A stretch of DNA of 64,000 nt. It comes from an uncultured virus (IMG/VR IMGVR_UViG_3300003316_000129). Its lineage: Duplodnaviria > Heunggongvirae > Uroviricota > Caudoviricetes. The notes beneath the pieces are model-generated. The model had not been told where the DNA came from. It saw only the letters and a program-made list of their open reading frames with translations, and did not search any database. The stretch's first letter is position 1. Each line of letters starts with the position of its first letter. The position numbers and the translations under genes are program-made. The DNA lies in the IMG/VR virus record IMGVR_UViG_3300003316_000129; one strand, given 5' to 3'. This document shows positions 19,649-29,440 of this stretch, piece after piece.

Positions 19649-20400
19649 AAACACTTGGCGGCGTAATGTTTGTAATTAATGGTGTTAAGTATGACTATTG
19701 CTTTATCGAGTCGATTGAATGCCTTTGCGATCTTTGTGATCAAGTATCAGTTGTTGGGATAGAATCAGAAGATAATACCATTGAATTATTGAATGAGCTT
19801 TCTGAAAAGCATAATAATTTGTATGTTACAGTCGTCGGAAGAGAGGAATGGGAAAAACAAAAAGGACGCGAGAAGCTGGCTTATTTCCAGAATCTTGCTC
19901 TTTCTTTTTTGGATACTGATTATTATTTCCTGCTACAGGCTGATGAAATACTAACAGAAGAAAGCTTCGAATTTATAAGAAAGGCAATAAATGACTCAAG
20001 ACCAGAATCATTTCTGTGCGGTAGAATTAATTTATGGGGTGATTGTAACCATTATATAAATGTTCCAATAAGTAAACAACCATGCAATATAGTAGTTAAC
20101 AGGCTTGCAAAAATTGATAAAAAATCTTATGGGGATGGAGAGAGTATTGACGCAAAGGCATCATTGGAATTTGTAAATAATATTACAATTATTCATTATG
20201 GGTTTGTCAGAAAGCGAGCTATTATGAAAGATAAAGTCATACATTTACAGGAGGATGTGTTTGCTCTTGGGTTTCATGATCCAAAACTTGACGAATCTGA
20301 AGAATTTAATAGTAAACTTTGGTTTGATGGCGCTCAATTATCAAAAATCAACTTCAATCATCCAAAATACATAAAAAAATGGGTAAAAGATCGACCGTAG
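19645..20400 (+). CDS. GT2-like glycosyltransferase
   Basis: SEDNT.ELL; N.AL; FLLQADE; IIHYG. Confidence 0.75.
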   Translation: MKTLGGVMFVINGVKYDYCFIESIECLCDLCDQVSVVGIESEDNTIELLNELSEKHNNLYVTVVGREEWEKQKGREKLAYFQNLALSFLDTDYYFLLQADEILTEESFEFIRKAINDSRPESFLCGRINLWGDCNHYINVPISKQPCNIVVNRLAKIDKKSYGDGESIDAKASLEFVNNITIIHYGFVRKRAIMKDKVIHLQEDVFALGFHDPKLDESEEFNSKLWFDGAQLSKINFNHPKYIKKWVKDRP

Positions 20401-20951
20401 AAATATGGGAAGATATTAAAGGGTTTGAAGGTCATTACCAAGTAAGCACTTTAGGCAGGGTTAGATCATTAGATAGAGTGGTGAAAAGTGGTCAATTCGT
20501 TCGCGGAAAAATATTAAAAGCTGCCACAGATAAAGCCGGATATGTATTTATATATCTAAGAAAAGATTGTAAAAGTATATTTTTTAGGATTCATAGGCTT
20601 GTCGCATTGACATTTATAAAAAATCCGGCAAACAAATTAGAAGTTAATCACATAAACGGCATAAAAAAAGATAATAAAGTTGATAATTTAGAATGGTGTA
20701 CTACTTCAGAAAACAGGCTGCATTCGTTTAGAAAACTGAATAGAAAGCCATCAAGAGCATGGCTTGGTAAATTTGGCAAAGACAATCCTCGATCCATGAA
20801 AATTATACAGGAGACTAAACAGGGTGAAATGGTAGCCACATTCAACTCAATGACAGAAGCGAGTGCCAAGACAGGCTTTACAATGGCTACTATATCTAAA
20901 ATTATAAATAAAAAAGTAACCCCCAGGTATTTTAACTTCAAAAAGGCATAG
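20379..20951 (+). CDS. NUMOD4-HNH homing endonuclease
   Basis: EIWEDIKGFEGHYQVSTLGRVRS; IHRLVA..EVNHING.K.DN.V.NLEW. Confidence 0.92.
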   Translation: MGKRSTVEIWEDIKGFEGHYQVSTLGRVRSLDRVVKSGQFVRGKILKAATDKAGYVFIYLRKDCKSIFFRIHRLVALTFIKNPANKLEVNHINGIKKDNKVDNLEWCTTSENRLHSFRKLNRKPSRAWLGKFGKDNPRSMKIIQETKQGEMVATFNSMTEASAKTGFTMATISKIINKKVTPRYFNFKKA

Positions 20952-20956
20952 AATAT

Positions 20957-22561
20957 ATGAATAAAACAATAATCTTCGACTCAGAAGCAAGAGCAAAAGT
21001 TCAAAAAGGCGTACAAACAATAGCCGATGCGGTTGCTGTTACATTAGGAGCGGCTGGCAGAAATGTGCTTATAAGCCGTAATGAAGTAATTGATTACGGA
21101 GTAGGTTCATTGCCTGTTAAGGTTACAAAAGACGGTGTGACAGTAGCGCGTAATGTACAATTAAATGATCTGGTTGAAAACGTAGGCGCAATGATGATGA
21201 GGGAGGCGTCTGAAAAAACAATGAGTTCGGCAGGCGATGGAACTACAAGCACAATAATATTGGGTCGCGCAATGGTTGATGAAGGAATAAAGCTAATCAA
21301 TGAAGGGGTAAACCCAATGGAAATTAAAAGAGGCATAGATGCCGGTGTAGCATATGTTGTTGAGGAACTAAAGAATATAGCTATTCCGGTCAACGATGAT
21401 GTAGAGACTGTAAGAAAAATCGCTACTGTGTCCGCAAATAATGATCCATCTATTGGGAATCTTGTTGCTGAAGCATTTGAAAAAATAGGCAAAGATGGCA
21501 TCATAAATATTGAAGAGGCGAAAAGCACAAGCACCAGTGTTAAGATTATTGATGGATTTGAAATTAAAAGTGGATTCATTAGCCCTTATTTTATAACTGA
21601 TCGTGCAAAAAACACTTGTGAGCTTATTGATCCAAATATTCTTCTGTATGAAAAATCCATTGACAATCTAAAGAAGGTAGAGAAAGTTTTAAACGAAAGT
21701 ATAAAAACACAGAGGCCGCTGCTTATTATTTGCGAGGATTCAAGTGGGGATGCGCTTGCTACAATTATCATGAACCACGTTGAGAGAAGGGTGCCGCCAA
21801 TGTGTATTGTAAGATGCCCGTATTTTTTTGATAATAGAGTTGACGTAATGGAAGATATAGCTGCTGCAACAAGCGCTACATTTCTTACTGACTCGAAAGG
21901 AGTTGGCATTGACAGGGCGGACGCATCTCATTTAGGGCGTGCTAAAAAGGTGATTATATCAAAAGACTCAACTGTAATTATAGGTGGCCATAGGAATATA
22001 AAAACATATGATGAACTTGTGACTAGCTTGTCTAAAGGGAAAGAGAGCGCTGAAAGTGATGAAGAAAAAATCACCATTGAGCGAAGGATTGCTAGGTTGA
22101 AGGGCGGTGTTGCTGTTATTTATGTAGGCGGCCCAACTGAAACAGAAATGAAGGAACGTGTTGATCGTGTAGACGATGCTGTTAGGGCGGCAAAGTCTGC
22201 AAACGAAGAAGGATTTGTTGCTGGTGGCGGGACTGTGTTTTTGAGTATTACAGATAAGTTAGGCTCATATGCCTGGAATGATAATCCGCATGGCCTCAGA
22301 ATACTCGAAGCCGCGTTGCAAGCGCCAGTGAAACAAATGCTATATAATGCCGGAGAGCCAAATCCCGCCGATATAATTAATCAGATTAGGGCGGAAGGTA
22401 ATAGTGTTGGATATAATGCTAAAACCGGGGCAATTGAAAACTTGCTTGAAGCAGGTATAATTGATCCATGCAAGGTATTAAGATGTTCTCTTCAAAATGC
22501 AGCGAGTGCTGCCGGGATGATCCTTACGACTCAATGTTTAATTGTTGACACTTTAAATTAA
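20957..22561 (+). CDS. groEL: Phage-encoded group I chaperonin GroEL
   Basis: ADAV.VTLG..GRNV; VTKDGVTVA; AGDGTTS; ERRIARL.GGVAVI.VG; GIIDP.KV. Confidence 0.95.
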   Translation: MNKTIIFDSEARAKVQKGVQTIADAVAVTLGAAGRNVLISRNEVIDYGVGSLPVKVTKDGVTVARNVQLNDLVENVGAMMMREASEKTMSSAGDGTTSTIILGRAMVDEGIKLINEGVNPMEIKRGIDAGVAYVVEELKNIAIPVNDDVETVRKIATVSANNDPSIGNLVAEAFEKIGKDGIINIEEAKSTSTSVKIIDGFEIKSGFISPYFITDRAKNTCELIDPNILLYEKSIDNLKKVEKVLNESIKTQRPLLIICEDSSGDALATIIMNHVERRVPPMCIVRCPYFFDNRVDVMEDIAAATSATFLTDSKGVGIDRADASHLGRAKKVIISKDSTVIIGGHRNIKTYDELVTSLSKGKESAESDEEKITIERRIARLKGGVAVIYVGGPTETEMKERVDRVDDAVRAAKSANEEGFVAGGGTVFLSITDKLGSYAWNDNPHGLRILEAALQAPVKQMLYNAGEPNPADIINQIRAEGNSVGYNAKTGAIENLLEAGIIDPCKVLRCSLQNAASAAGMILTTQCLIVDTLN

Positions 22562-22566
22562 TTGGG

Positions 22567-22767
22567 GTGTTTGAAATTAAAATAAAAATCGGGGATATAG
22601 AGTTTAGTTATTCAGAGCCGATAATAACCACTGGTGCTTACATTAGGCTGTTAAGTTCAGATAAATATGTGGATGGTAAAACAAAAAGCGAACGCATTAT
22701 AGAAGTTATAAAAGAAATGGTTGATCAAATTATAAAACTGAACAATGAAAATAAAAGCAAAGAATAA
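22567..22767 (+). CDS. Hypothetical protein
   Basis: 66-aa ORF with GTG start. Confidence 0.45.
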   Translation: MFEIKIKIGDIEFSYSEPIITTGAYIRLLSSDKYVDGKTKSERIIEVIKEMVDQIIKLNNENKSKE

Positions 22768-23020
22768 TTTCATCTTAACTAAGAAGCATCCTTCAGAAGA
22801 AGAACGTGGGGGGTTAGCTATTCCTGATGTAGCAAAAAAGAAACCACAGACTGCTGATATTATCAGTGTTGGTAAAATGGTGGAAGATAGAACTATCCAA
22901 GAAGGGCAGGTGGCGTACTTTCATCAAACAGCAGGGTTCCCGTTGGAAATTGAAAGAGAAGAGTATTGGGTATTAAGGTCGCAGGATGTAATTGCATGTA
23001 CTGATGCAGATAAGAAATGA
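22745..23020 (+). CDS. groES: Co-chaperonin GroES
   Basis: EE.GGLAIPD.AKKKP....IISVG; Y.VLR..DVIA. Confidence 0.88.
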   Translation: MKIKAKNNFILTKKHPSEEERGGLAIPDVAKKKPQTADIISVGKMVEDRTIQEGQVAYFHQTAGFPLEIEREEYWVLRSQDVIACTDADKK

Positions 23021-23357
23021 CCTACAGTTCGATTTATGTCTTGGATGTGGAGAAATAGCCCCCAAAGGTGTTATCCCGCATATTCAACATGATTGTCCGC
23101 TGAATAATATCGTGATATATTTTTCATCAGCAAACTTTTCATTCAGGCATCTTAGTAATTTATTCAATAATATAGATGAGCTAAAATCATTCAGAGAACT
23201 TTTGAATTATCCTCATTTTAAGGCTATGCCCGATCTTGAACAAGCTACAGATATTGAAAAAATTATTTATAGTATTTGCCGGGATGATGAGATTAGATCA
23301 ATGAAAAGAATGCGAGAATATATTCAGTTGGAGGAAAAATTTCAAGCAAAATGGTAA
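22992..23357 (+). CDS. Hypothetical protein
   Basis: 121-aa ORF. Confidence 0.5.
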   Translation: MHVLMQIRNDLQFDLCLGCGEIAPKGVIPHIQHDCPLNNIVIYFSSANFSFRHLSNLFNNIDELKSFRELLNYPHFKAMPDLEQATDIEKIIYSICRDDEIRSMKRMREYIQLEEKFQAKW

Positions 23358-23899
23358 AACCAACAAAGAACGGAATAATACTACGAGTCGATCCTGACCA
23401 AAAGGATCGAGCCATGCTAGGGGATGTTGAGATAATGATAGGGGTAAAGTATAAAACTAACCATCGAGATAAGCACCCCGTAATCGGGATTGTTGAAGTA
23501 GGCAACCAAGTCATTCCAAAAGGAATGGCTTTGGTTGTTCACCATAACTTCCTGTATGGCGATTTAAGCGTTTATTCGATGGGGGATGGCCTTTTTTCTA
23601 TTCCGGTCAATGAGAACGTTTTTATGAGGATTGACGATGAAGGGAACCCTCACTCAATAAACGGGAATATCATTTGTGAATGGGTGCCGGAATACTCTCC
23701 TATAGCCAAACCAAGCGAACACACAAAACAATACCATGATCGCGGTCTGGTGCTTTCTGATGGGTATGGATATAAGAAGGGGCAGATAATATTCACCATC
23801 CCATATGCGCCATATGAGATCATTTACAACTTCGGGAAAATAGAACACCGAATTTTGAAAGTATACAAAGATGATATTTGCGCTGTTTTGAATAGCTAA
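23351..23899 (+). CDS. Divergent double-domain GroES-like protein
   Basis: P....I.LRV..GIV...G..L.VHHN; second repeat ending KVYKDDICAV. Confidence 0.5.
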   Translation: MVKPTKNGIILRVDPDQKDRAMLGDVEIMIGVKYKTNHRDKHPVIGIVEVGNQVIPKGMALVVHHNFLYGDLSVYSMGDGLFSIPVNENVFMRIDDEGNPHSINGNIICEWVPEYSPIAKPSEHTKQYHDRGLVLSDGYGYKKGQIIFTIPYAPYEIIYNFGKIEHRILKVYKDDICAVLNS

Positions 23900-23914
23900 A
23901 AATTATAATATTTT

Positions 23915-23957
23915 CAAGGATTTGGTAAAATCATGTAATTTTATTACCAAATCCTTG
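23915..23957 (+). promoter_or_regulatory. Perfect 14-bp inverted repeat masking the portal translation initiation region
   Basis: caaggatttggtaa (23915-23928) and ttaccaaatccttg (23944-23957); ATG at 23962. Confidence 0.7.
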
Positions 23958-23961
23958 TTTA

Positions 23962-26424
23962 ATGCCTGATTTAGCAATGAACAGAGCGGATACTAATACT
24001 AACCCGCCCTTTAATGACATACTCCTATCTGTTAATTTCTACGATCCGCAAAAAGTAGCGAAGAAGGAAACCGGTCTTCAGATCGCCAAGCGGATATATA
24101 CAGAACAGACTCAATCTTCAGACAATCTAAACTTTTTTACCGCTAGGGCCGCGAAGTGGATTCAGGTTCTAAAGTGGGCTACAGGGACTCAGGATATGAC
24201 TGAGTTCCTTGATTTTTTTAATGTAAGTAATGGCAACAAGGCTTACGTTAAAATTGATATGACGCCGATTATGGTAGGGCCGCAATTTGTCCTGACCTTG
24301 GTGGAGTCAATGGCAAAAAACGAGGAATATCCCTGTGTTAATGCAATAGACCAGGCTAGTGTTAAAGAAAAGGAAGAGCGTAAGAAAGATGCCTTGTTTC
24401 GGATGCATGAAGTACAAAATATAGATAAGGTGCAACAAGAAACCGGGGTAATGGTGGAAGCGCCTGATGCATACGTGCCAGATGACGAGCTTTCTGCGAA
24501 CGTTTATTTTGAACTGGAAGATAAGCTTCCTAAAGAGATTTACTTAGAAAGGGAGTTGCAAAAAATACTCGATCATAATAATTATGAGCGCGTATTGAAG
24601 CCTAAAAGTCTGTACGATTTGGTTGTTCATAATATGGCCGTGACCAAAATAGAAAGAAAGCCAGATGGAGGTATATGCATTAGAAAGCCCATTGCTCAAA
24701 ATACATTCTACAACTACTTTCAAGGCGACACAGGTAAATACGAACTTGCGTATATTGGTGAAGTGTATTCCCTGAAGGTTAGAGATTTGCGGGCGTTGTA
24801 TGCTAAGTATGATGGGAAGGGCAATGTAATTAATCCCGATGGTCTTACTGAACAGGAGATATATGAGCTGGCCCGTAGGTCTTCTACAAAGAACACTGGG
24901 CTTGGGTTTAATTTTTTATGGAAGCTGGAATACCAGTTTTATAATTACAATTGCCCTTGGGATGATTATTCGGTCTATGTTATTGACTTTGAAATAAAAA
25001 TAGGAACATCCGACTATTATGTTGGCAAGCCGGATAGTTACGGGAAAGAAAATATAGCTCCAAAGCAAGGAATCCCTAAACCAGTAAATGAAAGAGCTAG
25101 AGTTTATCAAAAGAACAAAAATAGATGGTATCGTGGAGTGTATGCGCCATATGCAAACACGATGATATATTGGGGTCTCCCAGATACAGTTATAATTCCA
25201 TTTTTAGATTATGAAGAATCGCTTTCTTCTTATTCCATAAATATTCCATTTAATACAGGTCAGTACCTTCCATCCTTATTCGAAAGAGGAATGGAACCAT
25301 TACGCGAATACGCGTTGATGAAGCTTAAGAGAAAGCAACTTATTGCAAAACTTAGGCCATCGGGTATACGCATAGACGTGCATTCTGCCCGAAATATTGA
25401 TCTTGGTAACGGGAATGTAATAGCATGGGAAGAGGTGGTTCGTGTATTTGATCAGACCGGTAATGAATTATGGAGTAGTCGTGGTGTTGATCCATTAAGG
25501 CAAGAAATGCCAGCTCTTAGTGCCACAGCGCCAGATGATACTCTTAAAAAAATAATGGAGCTTACTGGGGCAATGGCTTCTGTAATTAACGAATTAAGAG
25601 AGTTGTTTGGTGTGCCAAGGTTTAGAGACGGGAGCGATGTGGGCGATAGGACAGCCGCAAAGCTTGCAGAGGGACAATCAGAATCTTCATTCAATGTAAC
25701 AGACTTTATACCAAATGCGCACAATCAACTAATGGAAGAAACGCTGCATAAGTGCGCGTTAATGGTATGGCAAGATGCCGTAAAGGCTGGTGACGAGGAA
25801 ATGATAAATACAAAGTACAGAGTCTCGGTTCAAATGAAATTGACCGCATATGAAAAGCAGCAGCTTGAGAATATGATTGCTATAGGGATGCAAGAGCAGT
25901 TGCTTACATTTAAGGATGCGTTTATGATCAGGCAAATAAAGAATTACAAGCTTGCGACTTGGTATTTAGATGCTATGACTGAAAAGAATAAACGTGAACA
26001 AGCTCAGGCGCAGCAGCAAAGCATTATGGCCAACGCCCAAGCGCAGGAGCAATCTTTAAGACTAAAGGCGCAGGCAGATGCGGATGCGGAAGTATTGAAA
26101 CAAAAAGCGACAGCGGAAAGGGAGGATAATGCCTCTAAGAATAAAAAAGAAGAAATATTACTTCAGGGGGTTATGCAAATGATAACAGCGAGTATGACTT
26201 CTGGGCAACCAATTCCTACGTCTTATTTGCCATTTGTAAATCAAGCTTTGCGAAATGTCGGGTTGCCACTTATGGCAGAAAACATGCAGATGCAACAGGA
26301 AATGATGGCCGCCTCTCAGCCTCAGCAGCAAGTAATGCCGCAGGAAACTCAGGAGCAACAACCGGCGCAGTCGCCCGAAGAAGAAAATCAGGAGGTTCCA
26401 CAAGAATCAGAAATGATGCAATAA
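23962..26424 (+). CDS. Portal protein
   Basis: 820 aa; V.AID..S..E K motif, Q-rich coiled-coil C-terminus; adjacent to TerL. Confidence 0.85.
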   Translation: MPDLAMNRADTNTNPPFNDILLSVNFYDPQKVAKKETGLQIAKRIYTEQTQSSDNLNFFTARAAKWIQVLKWATGTQDMTEFLDFFNVSNGNKAYVKIDMTPIMVGPQFVLTLVESMAKNEEYPCVNAIDQASVKEKEERKKDALFRMHEVQNIDKVQQETGVMVEAPDAYVPDDELSANVYFELEDKLPKEIYLERELQKILDHNNYERVLKPKSLYDLVVHNMAVTKIERKPDGGICIRKPIAQNTFYNYFQGDTGKYELAYIGEVYSLKVRDLRALYAKYDGKGNVINPDGLTEQEIYELARRSSTKNTGLGFNFLWKLEYQFYNYNCPWDDYSVYVIDFEIKIGTSDYYVGKPDSYGKENIAPKQGIPKPVNERARVYQKNKNRWYRGVYAPYANTMIYWGLPDTVIIPFLDYEESLSSYSINIPFNTGQYLPSLFERGMEPLREYALMKLKRKQLIAKLRPSGIRIDVHSARNIDLGNGNVIAWEEVVRVFDQTGNELWSSRGVDPLRQEMPALSATAPDDTLKKIMELTGAMASVINELRELFGVPRFRDGSDVGDRTAAKLAEGQSESSFNVTDFIPNAHNQLMEETLHKCALMVWQDAVKAGDEEMINTKYRVSVQMKLTAYEKQQLENMIAIGMQEQLLTFKDAFMIRQIKNYKLATWYLDAMTEKNKREQAQAQQQSIMANAQAQEQSLRLKAQADADAEVLKQKATAEREDNASKNKKEEILLQGVMQMITASMTSGQPIPTSYLPFVNQALRNVGLPLMAENMQMQQEMMAASQPQQQVMPQETQEQQPAQSPEEENQEVPQESEMMQ

Positions 26425-26425
26425 T

Positions 26426-28561
26426 ATGGTTGAAGAAATTCAAGGGATAAGTTGTCATTGGAGAGATTTAAGCCCGTCTTTTATTGATGAATATGGAGTT
26501 TTGGTAGAGGGTGAGGAAATATTATATTCCAATCTCCCAAAAGAAGAGCAATATTTTAGAAGAGAAGTACATCCGTTTTCTGATGACGAGTTATTGGCTA
26601 TTGCCGAAAGAGAATTAACGTATCAGCAATTTTCCGCAGTACAAAAACAATGGGTTGATAGGCAGAATAGGATATTTGAGCAAGGCGTTTATGCCATGAT
26701 AAACGGTGTGTTAAAATTCATCCCAGGGGCATATTGGTGTTATGTTAATTTTTGGACGCTGGAACATGGCGATAAGCCTGAGTACCGCGAGGACGATAGA
26801 ATATTCTTTATATTTCATGAATACCTTCGTCTTGAAACTGATTGCTTGGGTATTACTCGCGGTAAGGGGCGTAGGCAAGGAGCCACATCTATTGGCACTT
26901 TCTTCATGTGGTTTATTGCTGGAAGAAAAGAGCAATGTAATGTTGGGCTGACTTCCTATAATGACACTGTTGCCGGTGACGTTTTTCAAAAGATGTTTTT
27001 GTTTGGATTAAAATCAATGCTTCCATGTTTTCAGGAAGATACTGATAGTGACTCTGAAAAATACGTGTGGTTTAGAGAGTCTGCCGGAAGAAAGAAAAAG
27101 GGGACTCTTGCCATCAAAAGAAAAGGGTTAAATAGTTTTGCTGATTATCGCCCTAACGTTATCAACTCATATGATTCTGGCAGGCAGACATACAATATGC
27201 CAGATGAAGCCGGAAAGCGACAAAAACTAAATATCAATTCATACTGGTCAAAGTTATACAAAACGTTTCTCGTTGGTAGAAATAAGGTTGGATTTGGGTA
27301 TTTGCCAACAACCGTGAACAAACGAAACGAAGGCGGCGAAACATATAAGATATTCTGGAAAAACGCAAATCAGCACCGGATAAGCAAGAAAACAGGAGAG
27401 CGTGTTGGAATAAATACACCTAACAGGTGCGTTAGGTATTTTGTTCCGGCCACTCATTGCTATGCTGGTTGTATTGATATGTACGGGAATAGTGTTATTG
27501 ATGACCCAGAAGTTCCAGTAATGGGCAATGATGGCAAGCTTATTACCGAAGGGTCAAAGACAATTCTGCTTAGGGAAAGAGAGGCTATTGAAGAAAGTAT
27601 AAGATTAGGAATAGGCGATGTTGAGCAGTTAATGGAGCATAGAAGAGACTATCCATTGACTGAGTTTGATATGTTTGCATTCGAATCAGGGGCTTGTGAG
27701 TTTAATGAACAGAACTTGATTAAAAGAATAGATGAGCTGGATGAAGAGCCAGTTTTTTTGCGTAGAGGAAGACTTGTGTTGAATGAAAAAGTGATAAAAG
27801 GTCAATTCCCTGGGCAGACAGACAGAAGAGAGCGTAGTGTAGAATTTGTTGATGATGATAATGGCTCATGGCTTGTATATGAATTTCCAAACAAGCCAAA
27901 TGACTTTGATCAATTCAATGATAATATATACCCAAGAAACTATTTATCTTATACAGCAGGGGTGGATACATTCAGGATAGGATACGCAGAGGATGGCTCA
28001 AAGGGAACTATTTGTATTTTCAAAAAATCAAACGTTCTTAATGGTGTGGAAACCGGCTGTTATCCTGTAGCTATTTACACTGGCAGGCCGCGTTTAGTGC
28101 AGTTTTTATATGACGAGGTAATGAAGGTTTGCATGTGGTACGGGTGCAAGGTTAACATTGAAATATCTGCCGGTGACTATTACTATGGATATTTCCATGA
28201 AAAATTCTGCTCAGATATTTTGTATTGGACTCCAGCAAAAGACCCACATAATAAAAATCAGAAAATAAAACCGGGGACAGAGTCGGCTAGTCCTTTTGAA
28301 TTAGCAGCCCAGCTTGAAGCGGCTAAAATATTTTTTGATGGGACTAGTTCAGAAGCGTATAACGGGAATACGCATAGGGTAGTATTTAAAGAAATGCTAG
28401 AACAAGCTTTAGCGTATGACCATGCGCTTAGAACACCTTTTGACTTGCTTATAGCGCTCATGATGGCACTTTTGCCAGCCTTAAAGCCGCAACCCTTAGA
28501 TATTCCACCAGATAAGCCGAAGCAATTACTTCCGATTTATCAAATAAAAAATGCATCTTAA
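26426..28561 (+). CDS. terL: Terminase large subunit
   Basis: Walker A KGRRQGATS; Walker B PDEAGK; R.YP....D.F; RNase H-like GVDTF and FD..IA. Confidence 0.9.
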   Translation: MVEEIQGISCHWRDLSPSFIDEYGVLVEGEEILYSNLPKEEQYFRREVHPFSDDELLAIAERELTYQQFSAVQKQWVDRQNRIFEQGVYAMINGVLKFIPGAYWCYVNFWTLEHGDKPEYREDDRIFFIFHEYLRLETDCLGITRGKGRRQGATSIGTFFMWFIAGRKEQCNVGLTSYNDTVAGDVFQKMFLFGLKSMLPCFQEDTDSDSEKYVWFRESAGRKKKGTLAIKRKGLNSFADYRPNVINSYDSGRQTYNMPDEAGKRQKLNINSYWSKLYKTFLVGRNKVGFGYLPTTVNKRNEGGETYKIFWKNANQHRISKKTGERVGINTPNRCVRYFVPATHCYAGCIDMYGNSVIDDPEVPVMGNDGKLITEGSKTILLREREAIEESIRLGIGDVEQLMEHRRDYPLTEFDMFAFESGACEFNEQNLIKRIDELDEEPVFLRRGRLVLNEKVIKGQFPGQTDRRERSVEFVDDDNGSWLVYEFPNKPNDFDQFNDNIYPRNYLSYTAGVDTFRIGYAEDGSKGTICIFKKSNVLNGVETGCYPVAIYTGRPRLVQFLYDEVMKVCMWYGCKVNIEISAGDYYYGYFHEKFCSDILYWTPAKDPHNKNQKIKPGTESASPFELAAQLEAAKIFFDGTSSEAYNGNTHRVVFKEMLEQALAYDHALRTPFDLLIALMMALLPALKPQPLDIPPDKPKQLLPIYQIKNAS

Positions 28562-29172
28562 ACCCACGATCTATTAGATCGAATATTATTTATAGTTGTT
28601 TTGCCGACACCATATTTCGCCATTAAGGAAATTGTTTTATCTTTTGAATTGCGTATTTCATTAGCTTTTTTTGTAGTTAATTTCGTATTGCTATTAGCTC
28701 TTACGTTTTCTTTAGCAGTTACGAACTGGCAGTAATCAGGGCAATAAAGTAATGCCGGGATGTTTAATTTTTTCGGAATAATATCTTTATCTAATTGAAG
28801 ATGTTTTTGCCACCCATTTTCTAAAGCCCATTTAATAAAAACTTCAGGATTCTTCCATTCTTCGCAAACCATTACCCCGCGCCCACCGTAATTTTTATAT
28901 CTAGTGCTTTTGGGATAATAGCATCGCTCCATCATGTAACGCCATGTTTGATAAGCAGGGTGTTTTCGTAATCCATGTGTTGTATTTCTTTCCAATAGTA
29001 CATCGCTAAGGGCGCAACCGCACGAAATGGTATGCAATCTTCTTAAATTATTCCCAAAAACTACACATTCATTCCCACAGATACACTTGCATATCCATTT
29101 CCCGCTTTGATCAGATTCTTTTATTACAGATAATCGGCCATATCTTTTCCCAGTCAAATCAATCTTTCTCAT
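28558..29172 (-). CDS. HNH-type homing endonuclease, antisense to the virion operon
   Basis: DLTGKRYGRL; CKCICG..SCGC; M.ERC...Y.NYGGRG; LDKDI....YCP..C; C-terminal HTH similar to the 11826 gene. Confidence 0.88.
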   Translation of the reverse strand: MRKIDLTGKRYGRLSVIKESDQSGKWICKCICGNECVVFGNNLRRLHTISCGCALSDVLLERNTTHGLRKHPAYQTWRYMMERCYYPKSTRYKNYGGRGVMVCEEWKNPEVFIKWALENGWQKHLQLDKDIIPKKLNIPALLYCPDYCQFVTAKENVRANSNTKLTTKKANEIRNSKDKTISLMAKYGVGKTTINNIRSNRSWV

Positions 29173-29341
29173 TGTTCTTTATTTGAGTGTAAACGCTTTC
29201 TTTATGCTCTCTGATTATTTGAAAAATTGCCTGTTGCTGAGAATATTGACCAATGCCTTTTTCGGCCTTTTTTTCTCCCTGAATTTTGAGGATATGCTTA
29301 ATTACGTCCTCTGGTATGTTTTTAATAGTGAGTGATGGCAT
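29159..29341 (-). CDS. Arc/FitA-like ribbon-helix-helix regulator
   Basis: MPSLTIKNIPEDV...I....S.Q.AI..IIRE. Confidence 0.65.
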   Translation of the reverse strand: MPSLTIKNIPEDVIKHILKIQGEKKAEKGIGQYSQQQAIFQIIREHKESVYTQIKNNEKD

Positions 29342-29440
29342 TAATATTTATTTGTAGCAAAATACTACACTTTTCTCATTTTCTGAAAAAAAGTATTATG
29401 GCTATGCGATAATTTTACTTCACTAACTCATTTTCTTGGT

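Noticed and set aside
21094..21909. Antisense ORFs within groEL, and similar ones within the portal, 1737-aa and fibre genes
   Set aside because: Typical shadow frames of long genes (S/L/I/F-rich) with no initiation signals
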